Assembly: GCF_026626665.1 (NCBI RefSeq)
Contig: NZ_JAPNKE010000002.1
Location: forward strand, 3,629,168 to 3,693,167
Source: Nannocystis pusilla
GTDB lineage: Bacteria > Myxococcota_A > Polyangia > Nannocystales > Nannocystaceae
Direction of reading: 5' to 3'
Length of the DNA: 64,000 nt
This document shows positions 18,861 to 29,206 of the stretch, in pieces. The stretch's first letter is position 1, and each line of letters begins with the position of its first letter. The notes beneath the pieces were generated by a model that searched no databases, was not told the DNA's origin, and worked only from the letters and a program-made list of their open reading frames with translations. A program made the translations under genes and the position numbers.

Positions 18861-19838
18861 ATGAGCCCCTCGAACTCCTCGCTCCTGGCGATCCTCTCCA
18901 ACCGCTCCGGCGCCAGCCTCAGCACCCCCTCGGCCACGGCGGGGCTCGCGGCCCCGCCCGGCGGTCTGGCCGAGGCGCCGCTGGTGGTCGCCGCCGTGCG
19001 CGAGCCCGCCGACAGCCCCGCCTCGCCCGCGACCCGGGACCTGATCGCCGCCGTCCGCTCCTTCCTCCCCGATCGCCCCGACCTCGCCGGCCCCGAGCCG
19101 GAGGGCCGGATCCCCGCCAGCGCCCTCGCGGTCGCCCGCCGCGCCCTCCTGGCCCGCCACGCCGACGAGCGGCGCCAGCAACAGGTCCGCGACGGCGGCC
19201 TCGGCCTCCTGTTCGCCGCCATCGTCTGCGGCGGGCTGCTGCTGTTCGGCCTGTGGTACGCCGCCATCGCCATCGCCGTCCTCGCCATCCTCCTGCGCCT
19301 GCGCCGGGAGGAGCGCGGCGAGCGGTTCGGCGCCGAGGTCCAGCGTCTGGGCGACGCGCTCGGCGGCCAGCGCCTCCCCAGCTACGACGCCATCGCCGCG
19401 TGGTTCGACCGCCTGTGGCCCGCGCCCGTCAGCCCCGAGGCGATGTGGACCAGCCACTTGCACGGGGCGGTCCGCTGCGACGTACACGGCTACCCCGCGC
19501 TGGTCGACGTCCACCTGAACGAAAAGACAGCCGGCGGCGTCGTCTACCCGCCGCGGATCACCGCCTACCTCGCCGCCCTCTGGCCCGGCCGCGTGCCCTC
19601 CCTGCGCATCACCGCCACCGACCTCACCCCCGCCGCCCAGGCCCGGCTCGCCCGCCTGCGCAAGGCCGGCTACACCGTCGTCGCCGACGCCAACGGCGGC
19701 CTCATCATGCGCGCCAGCGAGTCGATCGCCCAGGCCGCGCGGGCCGACATCACCCGTCTGCCCGCGCTGCAGGTCCCGATCGGCGAGCTCGCCGACCTCG
19801 CCCGCGACCTCGGGGCCGAGCCCGTCCCCGCCTCCTAG
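18861..19838 (+). CDS. membrane protein (1-2 TM) with C-terminal soluble domain; N-terminus may extend upstream into Pro-rich repeats
   Basis: LGLLFAAIVCGGLLLFGLWYAAIAIAVLAILL TM; stop 19838. Confidence 0.5.
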   Translation: MSPSNSSLLAILSNRSGASLSTPSATAGLAAPPGGLAEAPLVVAAVREPADSPASPATRDLIAAVRSFLPDRPDLAGPEPEGRIPASALAVARRALLARHADERRQQQVRDGGLGLLFAAIVCGGLLLFGLWYAAIAIAVLAILLRLRREERGERFGAEVQRLGDALGGQRLPSYDAIAAWFDRLWPAPVSPEAMWTSHLHGAVRCDVHGYPALVDVHLNEKTAGGVVYPPRITAYLAALWPGRVPSLRITATDLTPAAQARLARLRKAGYTVVADANGGLIMRASESIAQAARADITRLPALQVPIGELADLARDLGAEPVPAS

Positions 19839-19842
19839 CGCC

Positions 19843-20268
19843 GTGTCGGTCACGCGTGAACACGCGACCACGTCCGCCCGGTGTCCCCAGTGCGGCACCG
19901 GCGTGACCGTGCATCACACCGTCGCCCGCCGCGACGACGGGGTCCGCTGGTCCACCGCGATCCGCTGCCTCGCCTGCGGCCTCTCGCTCGAGTCGGACAG
20001 CAACGCCGGCGACTCGGCCGCGCGAGCGGCCGTCCTCGCCACCAACGGCTCGTGGATCGTCCGCCTCACCAGCCTCGGCCCGCGACCGATCCGCGTCCTG
20101 CAGGCCCTCCGCGACATGCTGGGCCTCTCGCCGGCCGTCGCCCGCACGCGCCTCGACGCCCTCGCGCAGGGCACCCGCGTCGAGATGGAGGCCCTGCTGG
20201 CCAAGTTCGTCCGCGAGGGCGCCGAGGGCACCTGCGTCCGCGTCGAACCGACCTCCGGCCCGCGCTGA
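19843..20268 (+). CDS. zinc-ribbon protein with ribosomal L7/L12 C-terminal-like domain
   Basis: CPQC..CLAC; C-terminus ..LGLSPAVARTRLDALAQGTRVEMEALLAKFVREGAEG resembles L7/L12 CTD. Confidence 0.5.
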   Translation: MSVTREHATTSARCPQCGTGVTVHHTVARRDDGVRWSTAIRCLACGLSLESDSNAGDSAARAAVLATNGSWIVRLTSLGPRPIRVLQALRDMLGLSPAVARTRLDALAQGTRVEMEALLAKFVREGAEGTCVRVEPTSGPR

Positions 20269-20448
20269 CCGACCACGCCGACCCTCCCCGCGGAGCAACG
20301 CGACTCTCCCCGTGCAGCGCCGCCGATGCATCCATTGCATCGAGGACCTCTCACCGCCTCGCGTCGCGCGTGGAGACCTCCGCGGCGCGCTCCGCCGCGA
20401 GCGTTGCCGCGCCGCCGAATCGCCCGCGCCTTTTGGTTATGCTCGCAG

Positions 20449-21212
20449 CATGGTTTCGTTGCGAGACAAGGTCGCGCTGATCGTCGGCGGCAATCGGGCA
20501 TCGGCAAGGCCACCGCCTTCGCCTTCGCCGACGCCGGGGCCAGGGTCGTGGTCGCCGCGCGTCGCCGGGCCGAGGGGCAGGGCGTCGTCGAGCAGCTGCG
20601 CGCCCGCGGCACCCCGGCGATCTTCGTCCCTCTCGACGTCACCGTCGAGGACGACATCGTCGCCGGCGTCGCCGCCACCGTCGCCGAGTTCGGCCGCCTC
20701 GACTGCGCCGTCAACTCCGCCGGGATCTGCGAGGACTTCGGCCCCGTCACCGACGTCGACGGCGCCGCCTTCGATCGCATGATGGCCGTCAACGTCCGCG
20801 GCACCCTGCTCGGCATGAAGCACCAGCTGAAGCAGATGGTCGCCCAGGGCGGCGGCGGCAGCATCGTCAACGTCGCCTCGATCCTCCTCACGTCGGCACC
20901 CCCACCGGTTCGGCCTACGTCGCCACCAAGCACGCCGTCCTCGGCATCACCCGCTCGGCCGCCCTCGGCCACGCCAAGCAGGGCATCCGCGTCAACTGTG
21001 TCGCCCCGACCGCCATCACCGGCACGCCGATGGTCGACAACGCTCTGGCGAACTTCCCCGCCGTCATGGAGCCCGTCATCTCCGCCATCCCGATGGGCCG
21101 CCCCGGCCGCGCCGACGAGGTGGGCCGCGCGATCGCCTGGCTCAGCAGCGACGACGCCGCCTTCATCTCCGGCCACTCGCTGGCGATCGACGGCGCCCAG
21201 CTCGCCATGTGA
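20449..21212 (+). CDS. SDR-family oxidoreductase; two frame breaks (~20490, ~20900)
   Basis: MVSLRDKVALIVGGNR-GIGKATAFAFADAGARVVVAAR.., NSAGI, ..YVATKHAVLGITRSAALGHAKQGIRVNCVAPTAI.. spread over three frames. Confidence 0.7.
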
Positions 21213-21299
21213 GCGCCGCCCCGACGCCAGCCATCTGTCTCGTCGGCCACGTCCGATAAGACATGTCCTATCGGACATATCCTCCCGCTCTGCCGCGCC

Positions 21300-22431
21300 T
21301 CACTTCGGCTGCAGCTCGCGGAGCCGCTCCTCCAGCTCCGCCTTCAGCTCCGGGTCCGTCGCCTTGGCGATCTGCTGCTCGATCAGCTTGACCTGGACCA
21401 CCCGCAGCGCGTCCTCGGCCGGCACTGCGATGTCGGGTTGCACGCCCACCCTCCCAGTTCGTCTTCGAGATCGGGTTTATCGCCCGGCCCGTCGGCACGA
21501 ACGCCCTGAAGTGGTCGCCGAGGCGCACCATGTCGCCCGGGTTCGCCCCGCCCCACGTCACCTCGCCGACGATCGTCGCCCGCTTCAAGTTCTTCAGGTT
21601 GTACGCGAACTCCTCCGCCGCCGACCCCGTGCGCGGGCTCGTCAGCACGTAGACCTCGCGGCCCACGTAGGACTTGCCCGGCACCGGCGCCGTCCAGAAC
21701 TGGCGCGTCTCGTCGGCTGGCCGAAAGTACAGGTCGTTCAGGTGGACCCGCTCGTCGAACAGATAGCTGCACAGGTACGCCACCATCTCCGGCGACCCGC
21801 CTCCGTTGCGGCGCAGGTCGACGATCAGCGCGTCGGTCTCCGCCAGGAACGCCATCGCCGCCGACGCCGCCTCGAACCCGCGGCCGGGGAACGCGAACCC
21901 GCGGACTTCCAGGTAGCCGATGTTGCCGGGCAGCCGCTCGACCTTCTCGAACCCGCCGTTCATGCGGCGCGAGAAGTCCTCGAAGCGGGCCAGCTCCTCG
22001 GCCGACGGCTTCCCCTCGGTCTCCTGCGGCGGCAGCGTCTCCTTGCTGAAGCGGACGTGGAAGTGCGCGTCGCGCAGCACCTCGTTGATGTCGTTCGTCA
22101 GCGTCGTCGCCAGCGCGTGGCCCGTCGTGATCTTGTCGTACTCGCCGCGCTTGCGGCGGGCGCGGATCGCCCTGGCCACCTCGTTCGCCTTGTCCGGGAA
22201 CACGTACTTCGCCGTCAGCGCGCGCGCCAACGCCTCGACCGCCTCGTCGCGCTCCGCCGCCGTGATCGGCCCGTCCGGCCCTCTCGGCGGCGGCGCCTTC
22301 GGCACCGCCATCTGCGGTCCGCCGGAGGTCGGCGGCGCCGCGTCCGGACTGGCCACCGCCGCCTTCGCGCAGCCGAGCGAATACAGGGTAGATAGCGCCA
22401 ACCAACCGCGGATCACTGTCGACAATCGCAT
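21300..22431 (-). CDS. S41-family (tail-specific/C-terminal processing) peptidase lipoprotein; frame break ~21435 in G-run
   Basis: lipobox LYSLGC; GYLEVRGFA, DLRRNGGGSPEMV, TGSAAEEFAYNLKNL; C-terminus ..VGVQPDIAVPAEDALRVVQVKL..ELQPK in shifted frame. Confidence 0.7.
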
Positions 22432-22452
22432 CTTCGCCTCACCTCTTTGTCT

Positions 22453-23138
22453 TCACTTCGCGCCCCGCGTCCGAGCTCGCGCCGGCGCCGGCTTGCCCCG
22501 TGTCGGCTTCGCCCGCGTCGGCCGCTTCGCCACACGTCGAGGCTCCGGCGCGACCACGCTCTTCAGCAGCAGCGCCGCCATGCGCCGGACCTCGACCTCG
22601 ACCTTCGCCCGCTCGCCGAGCTCGGCGACGCTCAGGCTGTACGGCAGGAACGCGTTGGTCGCCTTCACCAGGGTCGACGCCGTCGCCGCCGCGTCCTCGA
22701 CCTCGAACCGCCCGCACGCCACGCCGGCCGCCAGCACCCCGGCCACCAGCGCCACCTCGCGCTCCATGTGGGCTGTCCTTCGGGCCATGTACCCCGGCCG
22801 CACCGCCTCGAACAGCTCGTCGAGGCTCTGGCGGTACGCGCTGACGCTGTCGAGCCGTCGCAGCACCCGCTCGATCAGCACCGAGCGCAGCACCTCGGCC
22901 GGATCGCCGCCCCCGCGGGCCAGCGCCGCCAGCCACGCGTACGTCTGCGCCACCACCCGGTCGATCGACGACAGGCCGACCTCTTCCTTGCTCGGGAAGT
23001 ACATGTAGACAGTCCGGCGGCTGACCCCCGCCTCGCCGGCGATGTCGTCCATCGTCACGCTGCGGAACCCCCGGGTCGTCAGCAGCCGATCGGTGGCGTC
23101 GAGGATCGCCTCGCGCGTCTCGCCGTTGCCCCTGGACC
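22453..23138 (-). CDS. TetR-family transcriptional regulator
   Basis: ..RSVTMDDIAGEAGVSRRTVYMYFPSKEE.. TetR HTH; probable GTG start at 23138. Confidence 0.8.
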
Positions 23139-23165
23139 CGTTCACCGTCGATGCAGCATTGCACA

Positions 23166-23186
23166 CGGCGACGACTTTGTGCAAGC
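23166..23186. promoter_or_regulatory. TetR operator-like inverted repeat TGTGCAA-N7-TTGCACA
   Basis: perfect 7-bp arms immediately upstream of TetR gene, with a degenerate second copy ~30 bp away. Confidence 0.45.
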
Positions 23187-23912
23187 CACCATTGCACACT
23201 TCACGGACTTTGTGCAGCGAACTGGCACGACCCCGGCCTCATCGTCGCCCCGTTCGGCGCGCCGCCGCACCGACCTCGCCTCACCGCCGGCCACCGGCCG
23301 TTCGCTCCCGACTTGCGCGGACGAGGCCTGGCCGGCCCTCGCGGGCCCTTCCCGTCCCGCCCGCCTACATATGCCAACGTCCCGGTTCGCCCCACCTGTC
23401 TCATCGGCCAGCCTCGCTCCTCTTCGCGCTCCCCGCTCGCGGCGACGATGCCCCGCGCGACGCCTCGATCAGGGCCTGCGGCCCCACACGCTGATCAGGG
23501 GCGAGTTGACGGCGACGAGGTCGGGGTCGGCGAGCAGGGCGCAGTACTCGTCGAACTCGGCCTCCGTGAACGAGCCGGAGGCGACCGCGTGGGTCCGCAA
23601 GGCTCGCACGGTCGCAAGCCTGAGGGCGACCTGCGGGCCGGGTCGCAGCAAGTGCGCGGTCTCCTCGGCGCCGACGTCGACCGCGCCGAGCCCGAGCAGC
23701 AGGCCCGGCAGGTGGGCGCCGAAGGTCATCCGCGACGTGACCGCGTTGCACGGGACGAACCGCCGGGCCCCGGATCGACAGCGTACGCGGCGACATGGCG
23801 CTCTCGCTTCCGGCCGACGTGGGTCGCGGCCGCGTACCGCGTGCGCGGACCCGTCCCGCCCGGGTCCTCCGACCACCGATGCGCCTGCCCCGGCGTCCTG
23901 CCGCACGCGGCC

Positions 23913-25258
23913 TCAGGCCAGGCTCAGGGCGCCGGTGCAGTACTCGGGGTTGCCGAAGCTCATCTCGTCGATCCCCATCGCGTGCATGCAGCCGACCCAG
24001 AGGTTGTTGTGCGGCACTTCGCCGTCGACCCGCAGCCAGCGGCCCGTCTTCACCGCGCCGCCCGCCTTCCCGGCGAGGACGTAGGGCATCTGACTGCGAT
24101 CGTGGTTATTGCCCTTCTGATGCTCGTTGACCCACACCACCAGCGTGTTGTCGAGGACCGTGCCGTCGCCTTCGGGGATCGCCCTCAATCTGGCGAGCAG
24201 ATAGGCGAACTGCTCGGCGTACCAGGTGTTGATCTTCGTCAGCTTCTCCTGCGCGTCGTCGTCGCTGTCGCCGCGGTGAGACAGTTCGTGGTGCGCCTCG
24301 TGGATCGACAGCCACGGGAACGGGTCGATGTTCGAGGAGTTCGCCCACATGATCGACGCCACTCGGGTCAGGTCGCAGGCGATCGCCATGGCGAGCAGAT
24401 CCATCTGCAGCTTGCCGAGCGCCGGGACCTTCGCCAGCGTCTGCAGGTCGGGCTCGTCGGAGAGCTCGGGCGGCGCACACACGCCACTCTCGTCGTACCC
24501 GGACTCGAGCCGCCCCTCGATGTCGCGGACCGCCTCGAGGTGCGCCTCCAGCTTGATCCGGTCGGCCGCCCCGACCCTCGGCAGGAGCCGCTCGTAGTCC
24601 GCCGCGACCGCGTCGAGGACCCTGCGGCGCTCGGCGATCTTGCGCGCGCGCTCGTCGGCGGACAGATGGAGGTCGCCGAAGATCCGGGCGAAACCCGCCG
24701 CCGGATCGACCTCGGGAGGAGCGGCTGCGCCGGGCCGCGGTAAGAGATCCGCGAGCTGACCGTGGCGCCCTTGATGCGGACCCCGAACTCGAGCGAGCGA
24801 AACTTCGTCGAGCCCGCGATCGCGTCGGCGATCTTCTGATCGATCGAGATGCCGTCGGCCCACCCGGCCGTGAAGTCGCTGCTGCCCTTGAAATTGCCCT
24901 CTTGCAGCTGGGTGCCGGTCAGCGCCTGCCCCGTCCCCTTCTGGTGGGCGTCTCCCGGCCCGTGATAGGCCGACAGCGCGTCGACGCCGTCGACGATGAC
25001 GAGCTTCTGCTTGAAGGGCTCCAGCGGCTGCAAGATCGGCGAGAGCGTGAATGCGTCCTCGTCACCCGACGGCCGCCAATTCTTCATCACCGTGCCGTTC
25101 GGCGTATAGAACACGATAAAGCGCTGCGGATGGGCCGCTCGCGGCCGCGAGCCCGCGCCGGGTCGCGCCATGGCTTCGAGAAAGGGTAGCGCCACGCACA
25201 CGCCGGCTGCGCCCCGAGCATTGTTCGTCGAGAGAGTGGATCTGTTCATAAACTTCAT
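23913..25258 (-). CDS. DUF1501-family protein (Tat-signal, sulfatase-like fold); frame break ~24730
   Basis: N-half in ORF 24368..25258 (MKFMNRSTLST..RGAAG.. Tat-like), C-half in ORF 23913..24863. Confidence 0.7.
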
Positions 25259-25992
25259 CCTTCGCCCGCGCGAGCGCGGCTATGGGCATTGCTCTCGGTC
25301 CCGGCCCGAACCGCGTTCATGCCGTGGAGGCATTTCGCGCGGCCGGGGCGGCTCCGCCCGCGCCCTGGAGGCCACGGGGAGACCCGCACTTCGATGAATG
25401 AACCACCGCCTCGTCGTAAGGTGTGTTCGCTAGCAACCACGGCAGTCCCCGCCGGCGCGACCGCAGCGCGAAGCGGGGACGTCAGCTCCAGGAGCGCGTC
25501 AACGGCCGCACGCGCTCGACAGCGCGGCGAGCGCCATCGTCAGGCAAATGCCACCCGGCTCATTCCTACCAGCCGAACGTGCGTTCTTTCGCAGGACCGG
25601 ATCTCCTGTCACGTCCCTGCAGCCCGCGCACGCGCGGCTTGCCGCACGGGCAGCCTTTTGCCGATAGCGACACTGTCCGTGCCGCGGCGGCTCAGCCGGC
25701 CTGGAAGAGCGCCCGGCTGTCCCGACCACGAGCTCTATCGAGGCACGGTCGTGCTGCGGCCCTCGCTCGCTCGCGCCCCGCTCGGGGCCTCGCCGGGATC
25801 CGCGGGGGCCGAGAAGGCCAAAATCAGCTGGGCCAGCACCATCGGCTGCTCGACGTTCGGGCGCAGTCGATCCACGATTTCGTCGCAGCAGCCTCCTGAA
25901 CGGCGATGGGATTCGGTGTCTTTTTCTCGGAGCGGGTGAGCGCGCGCGCGAACTGGTTGACCCGGCGAGGAGAGCGTGGCTGACTGGGTTGG

Positions 25993-27114
25993 ATGTCGAT
26001 CTCGAGACCACGCGCGCTCGGGTGGATCGTCGCGCTGAGCGGTGCGATGGGCTGCACGGCCAGCGAGGGCACGGGTGGGAGAGCGAGTGACGGGAAGGCC
26101 GAGGTCGTGGCTGGGCCGGCCGGGCAGGTCGCGGCCGATCGAGCCGCGGACACGGTCGTGGCGGCGAAGGACGGCGCGGCGGTCGGGTCGGAAGAGGTCG
26201 CCCAGGGCAAGGATGTCGGCCCCGGAACGGAGGTCGTTGCGGCGAAGGATGTCGCGTCGCAGGTCGCCGAGGCGCCGAGGCCGGATGTCGCTCCGCCCGC
26301 TGGGTCGGCGGTCGAGCTCGAGGCGCTGGACCGGGTGCTCGCAGGGGAAGACGCGGAGGTGATCGAGGTGGTCGATCGAAAGGCGGTCGGGCGCGACGAG
26401 CTGGTGTTGCTGCGCTGGTACGGCGCGCGGGCGTGGCAGGCACAGGAGCGGCGAGCCGGGCGGCTCGAGGCGGCGCTGACGGGGTTGGAGGCGCAGGTGG
26501 ACGCGTGCGAAGGGACACCGGGGGAGCTCAGCGTGTGCCTCGCCGGGGCGATCGCCGATCCGTACGTGATGTGGTCGGCGGCCGGACGCGAGGTGTTCGC
26601 GTGGGAGGTCGCGCGTGTGCGCGACGGCGCGGTGCTGGGGCGGAGGCGGCTGTTCGAGGGGTCGATGCGGGTCGACGACGTGCCCCACAAGTTCAAGGTG
26701 TACGACGTCGACGGTGACGGGCGCTCGGAGCTGACGGTGATCGTTCCGGTCGAGCGGCCGCAGCACGACCAGGCGATGGACCACGAGAGCGGCGAGGTCG
26801 GGTTCATCCTCGAGGTGGCCGATCTGCACGTGCAGTTCTCGGCGACGCGTCGGCACGTGATGCGCGCCGAGGATGTCGGGGGCAGCGAGTCGACGGCGGA
26901 GACGGTGTGGCTGGCCCGCGATGTCGACGGCGACGGGCACGCGGACCTGCAGCTGCGCGAGACCAGCCGGCTCACGGACATCGCCGCGGACGATCAGCCG
27001 CCGGCAGGGCCGCGATCGAGCGCGCGCACGACGATATGTACATACGAGCCGGTGGCGGATGCGTGGCGCTGCCCGGAGGCGCTCGGGCAGCAGTTGCTGG
27101 AGCCGTCGGGGTGA
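25993..27114 (+). CDS. secreted lipoprotein with FG-GAP/calcium-binding-like DxDGDG motifs
   Basis: MSISRPRALGWIVALSGAMGC lipobox; DVDGDGRSEL, DVDGDGHADL. Confidence 0.55.
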   Translation: MSISRPRALGWIVALSGAMGCTASEGTGGRASDGKAEVVAGPAGQVAADRAADTVVAAKDGAAVGSEEVAQGKDVGPGTEVVAAKDVASQVAEAPRPDVAPPAGSAVELEALDRVLAGEDAEVIEVVDRKAVGRDELVLLRWYGARAWQAQERRAGRLEAALTGLEAQVDACEGTPGELSVCLAGAIADPYVMWSAAGREVFAWEVARVRDGAVLGRRRLFEGSMRVDDVPHKFKVYDVDGDGRSELTVIVPVERPQHDQAMDHESGEVGFILEVADLHVQFSATRRHVMRAEDVGGSESTAETVWLARDVDGDGHADLQLRETSRLTDIAADDQPPAGPRSSARTTICTYEPVADAWRCPEALGQQLLEPSG

Positions 27115-27166
27115 GCAGCCCGGGGCCGAGGCGATGTCTCGAGCCCCGCCCCGCGGCCGTGTCCTC

Positions 27167-28273
27167 TCATTCGCAGGCGACGCGCACGTCGACGACCTCG
27201 CCGGTGCGCTGCTGGCCGGCGGTGCGGTAGACGAAGCTGGCGCGCTCGAGGCCGCAGTTGCCGCGCGCATCGCACTCGCGGCGGGTGGTGAAGCCGAGAT
27301 CGATCTCGACGATCTCGAAGCTCGCGAGCGGGAGCATCTCCCAGCCGCTCGAGCGACGGTCGGCGTCGTGGTCGGCCCACAGCATCAGCTCGCCCCAGCG
27401 CGCGTCCGCGGCGGTGATCTTGCCATCGTGGTCGCTGTCGAGCTCGGCGAGGGCCTGGAAGCCGTTGTGCACACCTGACCCGAAGGACATGCGGGTGGCG
27501 GCGCCGAACAGCTCCTGGCCGCCGTCGATGCTGCCGTTGCCGTCGCGGTCGAGCGCGAGCCACGGGGTGGTGGCCGTCGGCCAGTCGGCGCGGGCGCAGC
27601 TGCCGGCGCCGCCGTGGATGTCGAAGTCCGCCGCCGAGGCGGAGGTCGGCGCGAACTCGATGGCGTCGCCGAAGCTCAGCACCAGCGGGGTGTTGCAGTC
27701 TTCCCAGTTCCACACGTGGCGGCCGGTCTCCTCGTCGACCATGCAGCCCATGTCGATGTCGAACTCTTCCTCGCCGAAGCCGCACGACTGACTGTCGCCC
27801 GGCTTGCACTCGTCGGCCTCGCCGCACTCGCCCCAGCGCGTCTCGCCGGTGTCGGGGGTCGCCTCGTAAGCGACGCAGTGCTGGGTGCCGCCCTCACAGG
27901 CGCGCGAGTCGCCCTCCTTGGCGCACGTCTCCGTCAGACAGGCGGTCCAGATGTGGTTGTACTGATCGAGCGACCACACGCAGAACTCGAGGCCGGCGAC
28001 GCCGCCGATCTGGCACTCGCTGGACAGCTGACTCTGGTCGCAGACCTCGCCCGCGCGGCCGAAGTCCGCCTTGGGCTCGGGCTCGGGCTCGCCTTCGTCC
28101 TCGCTCTTGACCTCGCCCTCGCTGTCGCCCTCGCCTTCCTCGTCGCCCTCGCTGTCGCCCTCGCCGGCCGCGGAGTCGCCGTCGTTCGCGTGATGACCCT
28201 CGACCTTCGAGTCACAGGCCGGCAGTGCGAGGAAGAGCGAGGACAAGGTGAGGAGGCGAGTCGTGGTCGTCAT
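27167..28273 (-). CDS. secreted lipoprotein, acidic linker, Cys-rich region, EF-hand/dockerin-like Ca-binding repeats
   Basis: MTTTTRLLTLSSLFLALPAC lipobox; DRDGNGSIDGGQELFG and DSDHDGKITAADA. Confidence 0.55.
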   Translation of the reverse strand: MTTTTRLLTLSSLFLALPACDSKVEGHHANDGDSAAGEGDSEGDEEGEGDSEGEVKSEDEGEPEPEPKADFGRAGEVCDQSQLSSECQIGGVAGLEFCVWSLDQYNHIWTACLTETCAKEGDSRACEGGTQHCVAYEATPDTGETRWGECGEADECKPGDSQSCGFGEEEFDIDMGCMVDEETGRHVWNWEDCNTPLVLSFGDAIEFAPTSASAADFDIHGGAGSCARADWPTATTPWLALDRDGNGSIDGGQELFGAATRMSFGSGVHNGFQALAELDSDHDGKITAADARWGELMLWADHDADRRSSGWEMLPLASFEIVEIDLGFTTRRECDARGNCGLERASFVYRTAGQQRTGEVVDVRVACE

Positions 28274-28721
28274 GCGGATGGGCCTTAGCAGGGGCCGTGC
28301 CAAGCCGCCCAGAGGACGTGCAGGCGACCTGGACGCCGTTTGCAGCGCGGGTCGGTGAAGCCCCTGCGACGAGGCTGGAGCCCACCGGCGTCCTGGTCTG
28401 ACGGGAGTGTCGTGCGATCTCGCCGAGGCGAGGCGAGCCGAGCCGCGCCGGCCGAGTCGGTGAACGGCCCCCGGGCGTCGCCCGGCAGCGCGGCCGAGCG
28501 GCTCGCATCGTGGGCGCACCTCTTCGAGGGACGCCGAGCCGAGGCGAGCGGGCACCTGCGCCGGCGACTTCGGGATCTGCGCCCCCGCAGCAGACGGAGA
28601 GCCGGCCCCCGGCTGAGAGCGCGCCGGCGCCCGCGAGCCCCTCGCTCACGTGCGAGCGCGCCCTGCCCCCATTAAAGCGCGGGCGCCGGGGCTCCCTGCA
28701 GCCGCGCGCCGCCTCGCCTTC

Positions 28722-29010
28722 ATGCCCGAGCCCACCGCCGCCTCGCGTCACCTGACCACGCTCCTCGTGCTCGCCTACCTCGGCTTTATCAGCCTCGGGC
28801 TGCCCGACGCGGTGCTCGGAGTGGCCTGGCCGTCGCTGCGCGCCGCCTTCTCGCTGCCCCAGGCGGCACTCGGCGCGCCGCTGGCCGCTCTGGCGGTCTC
28901 GTACTTCCTCCGGGGCTGGCGGCCGGCAGCCTCATGCGTCGCGTCGCCCTCCTGCACGAGACGCTGGTGGCGACCGTGGACCGGCCAGGTCCCCCTCGCT
29001 CATCACTTCG
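28722..29010 (+). pseudogene. MFS transporter N-terminal remnant (truncated after ~95 aa, with frame shift)
   Basis: ..LLVLAYLGFISLGLPDAVLGVAWPSLRAAFSLPQAALGAPLAALAVSYF.. then shifted ..GLAAGSLMRRVALLHETLVATVDRPGPP*. Confidence 0.45.
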
Positions 29011-29206
29011 ATGAAGCGGCCGCGACACGATGCCGTGGGTGCGCCTCCTCGTGCCGCCCGTCACCCTTTGCCAGAGCTTTGCCGAGGATGGATCGCCGCT
29101 GATAACGCACGCCTGAGCACCCATGAAAACGGCCACGAGACGAGGGGCCCGAATGAGAGGAGTCATCGTTCGTGCTCGGGCAGGAGCCCTCGCGGCCGGT
29201 TCGCCG

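Noticed and set aside
16491-19838. 1115-aa plus ORF 16491..19838 as a single gene
   Set aside because: 5' two-thirds is antisense to the M16 peptidase; only the last ~330-500 aa look real.
25735-27270. 511-aa minus ORF overlapping lipoprotein gene 25993..27114
   Set aside because: Low-complexity Arg/Pro-rich; plus-strand gene has lipobox and DxDGDG motifs.
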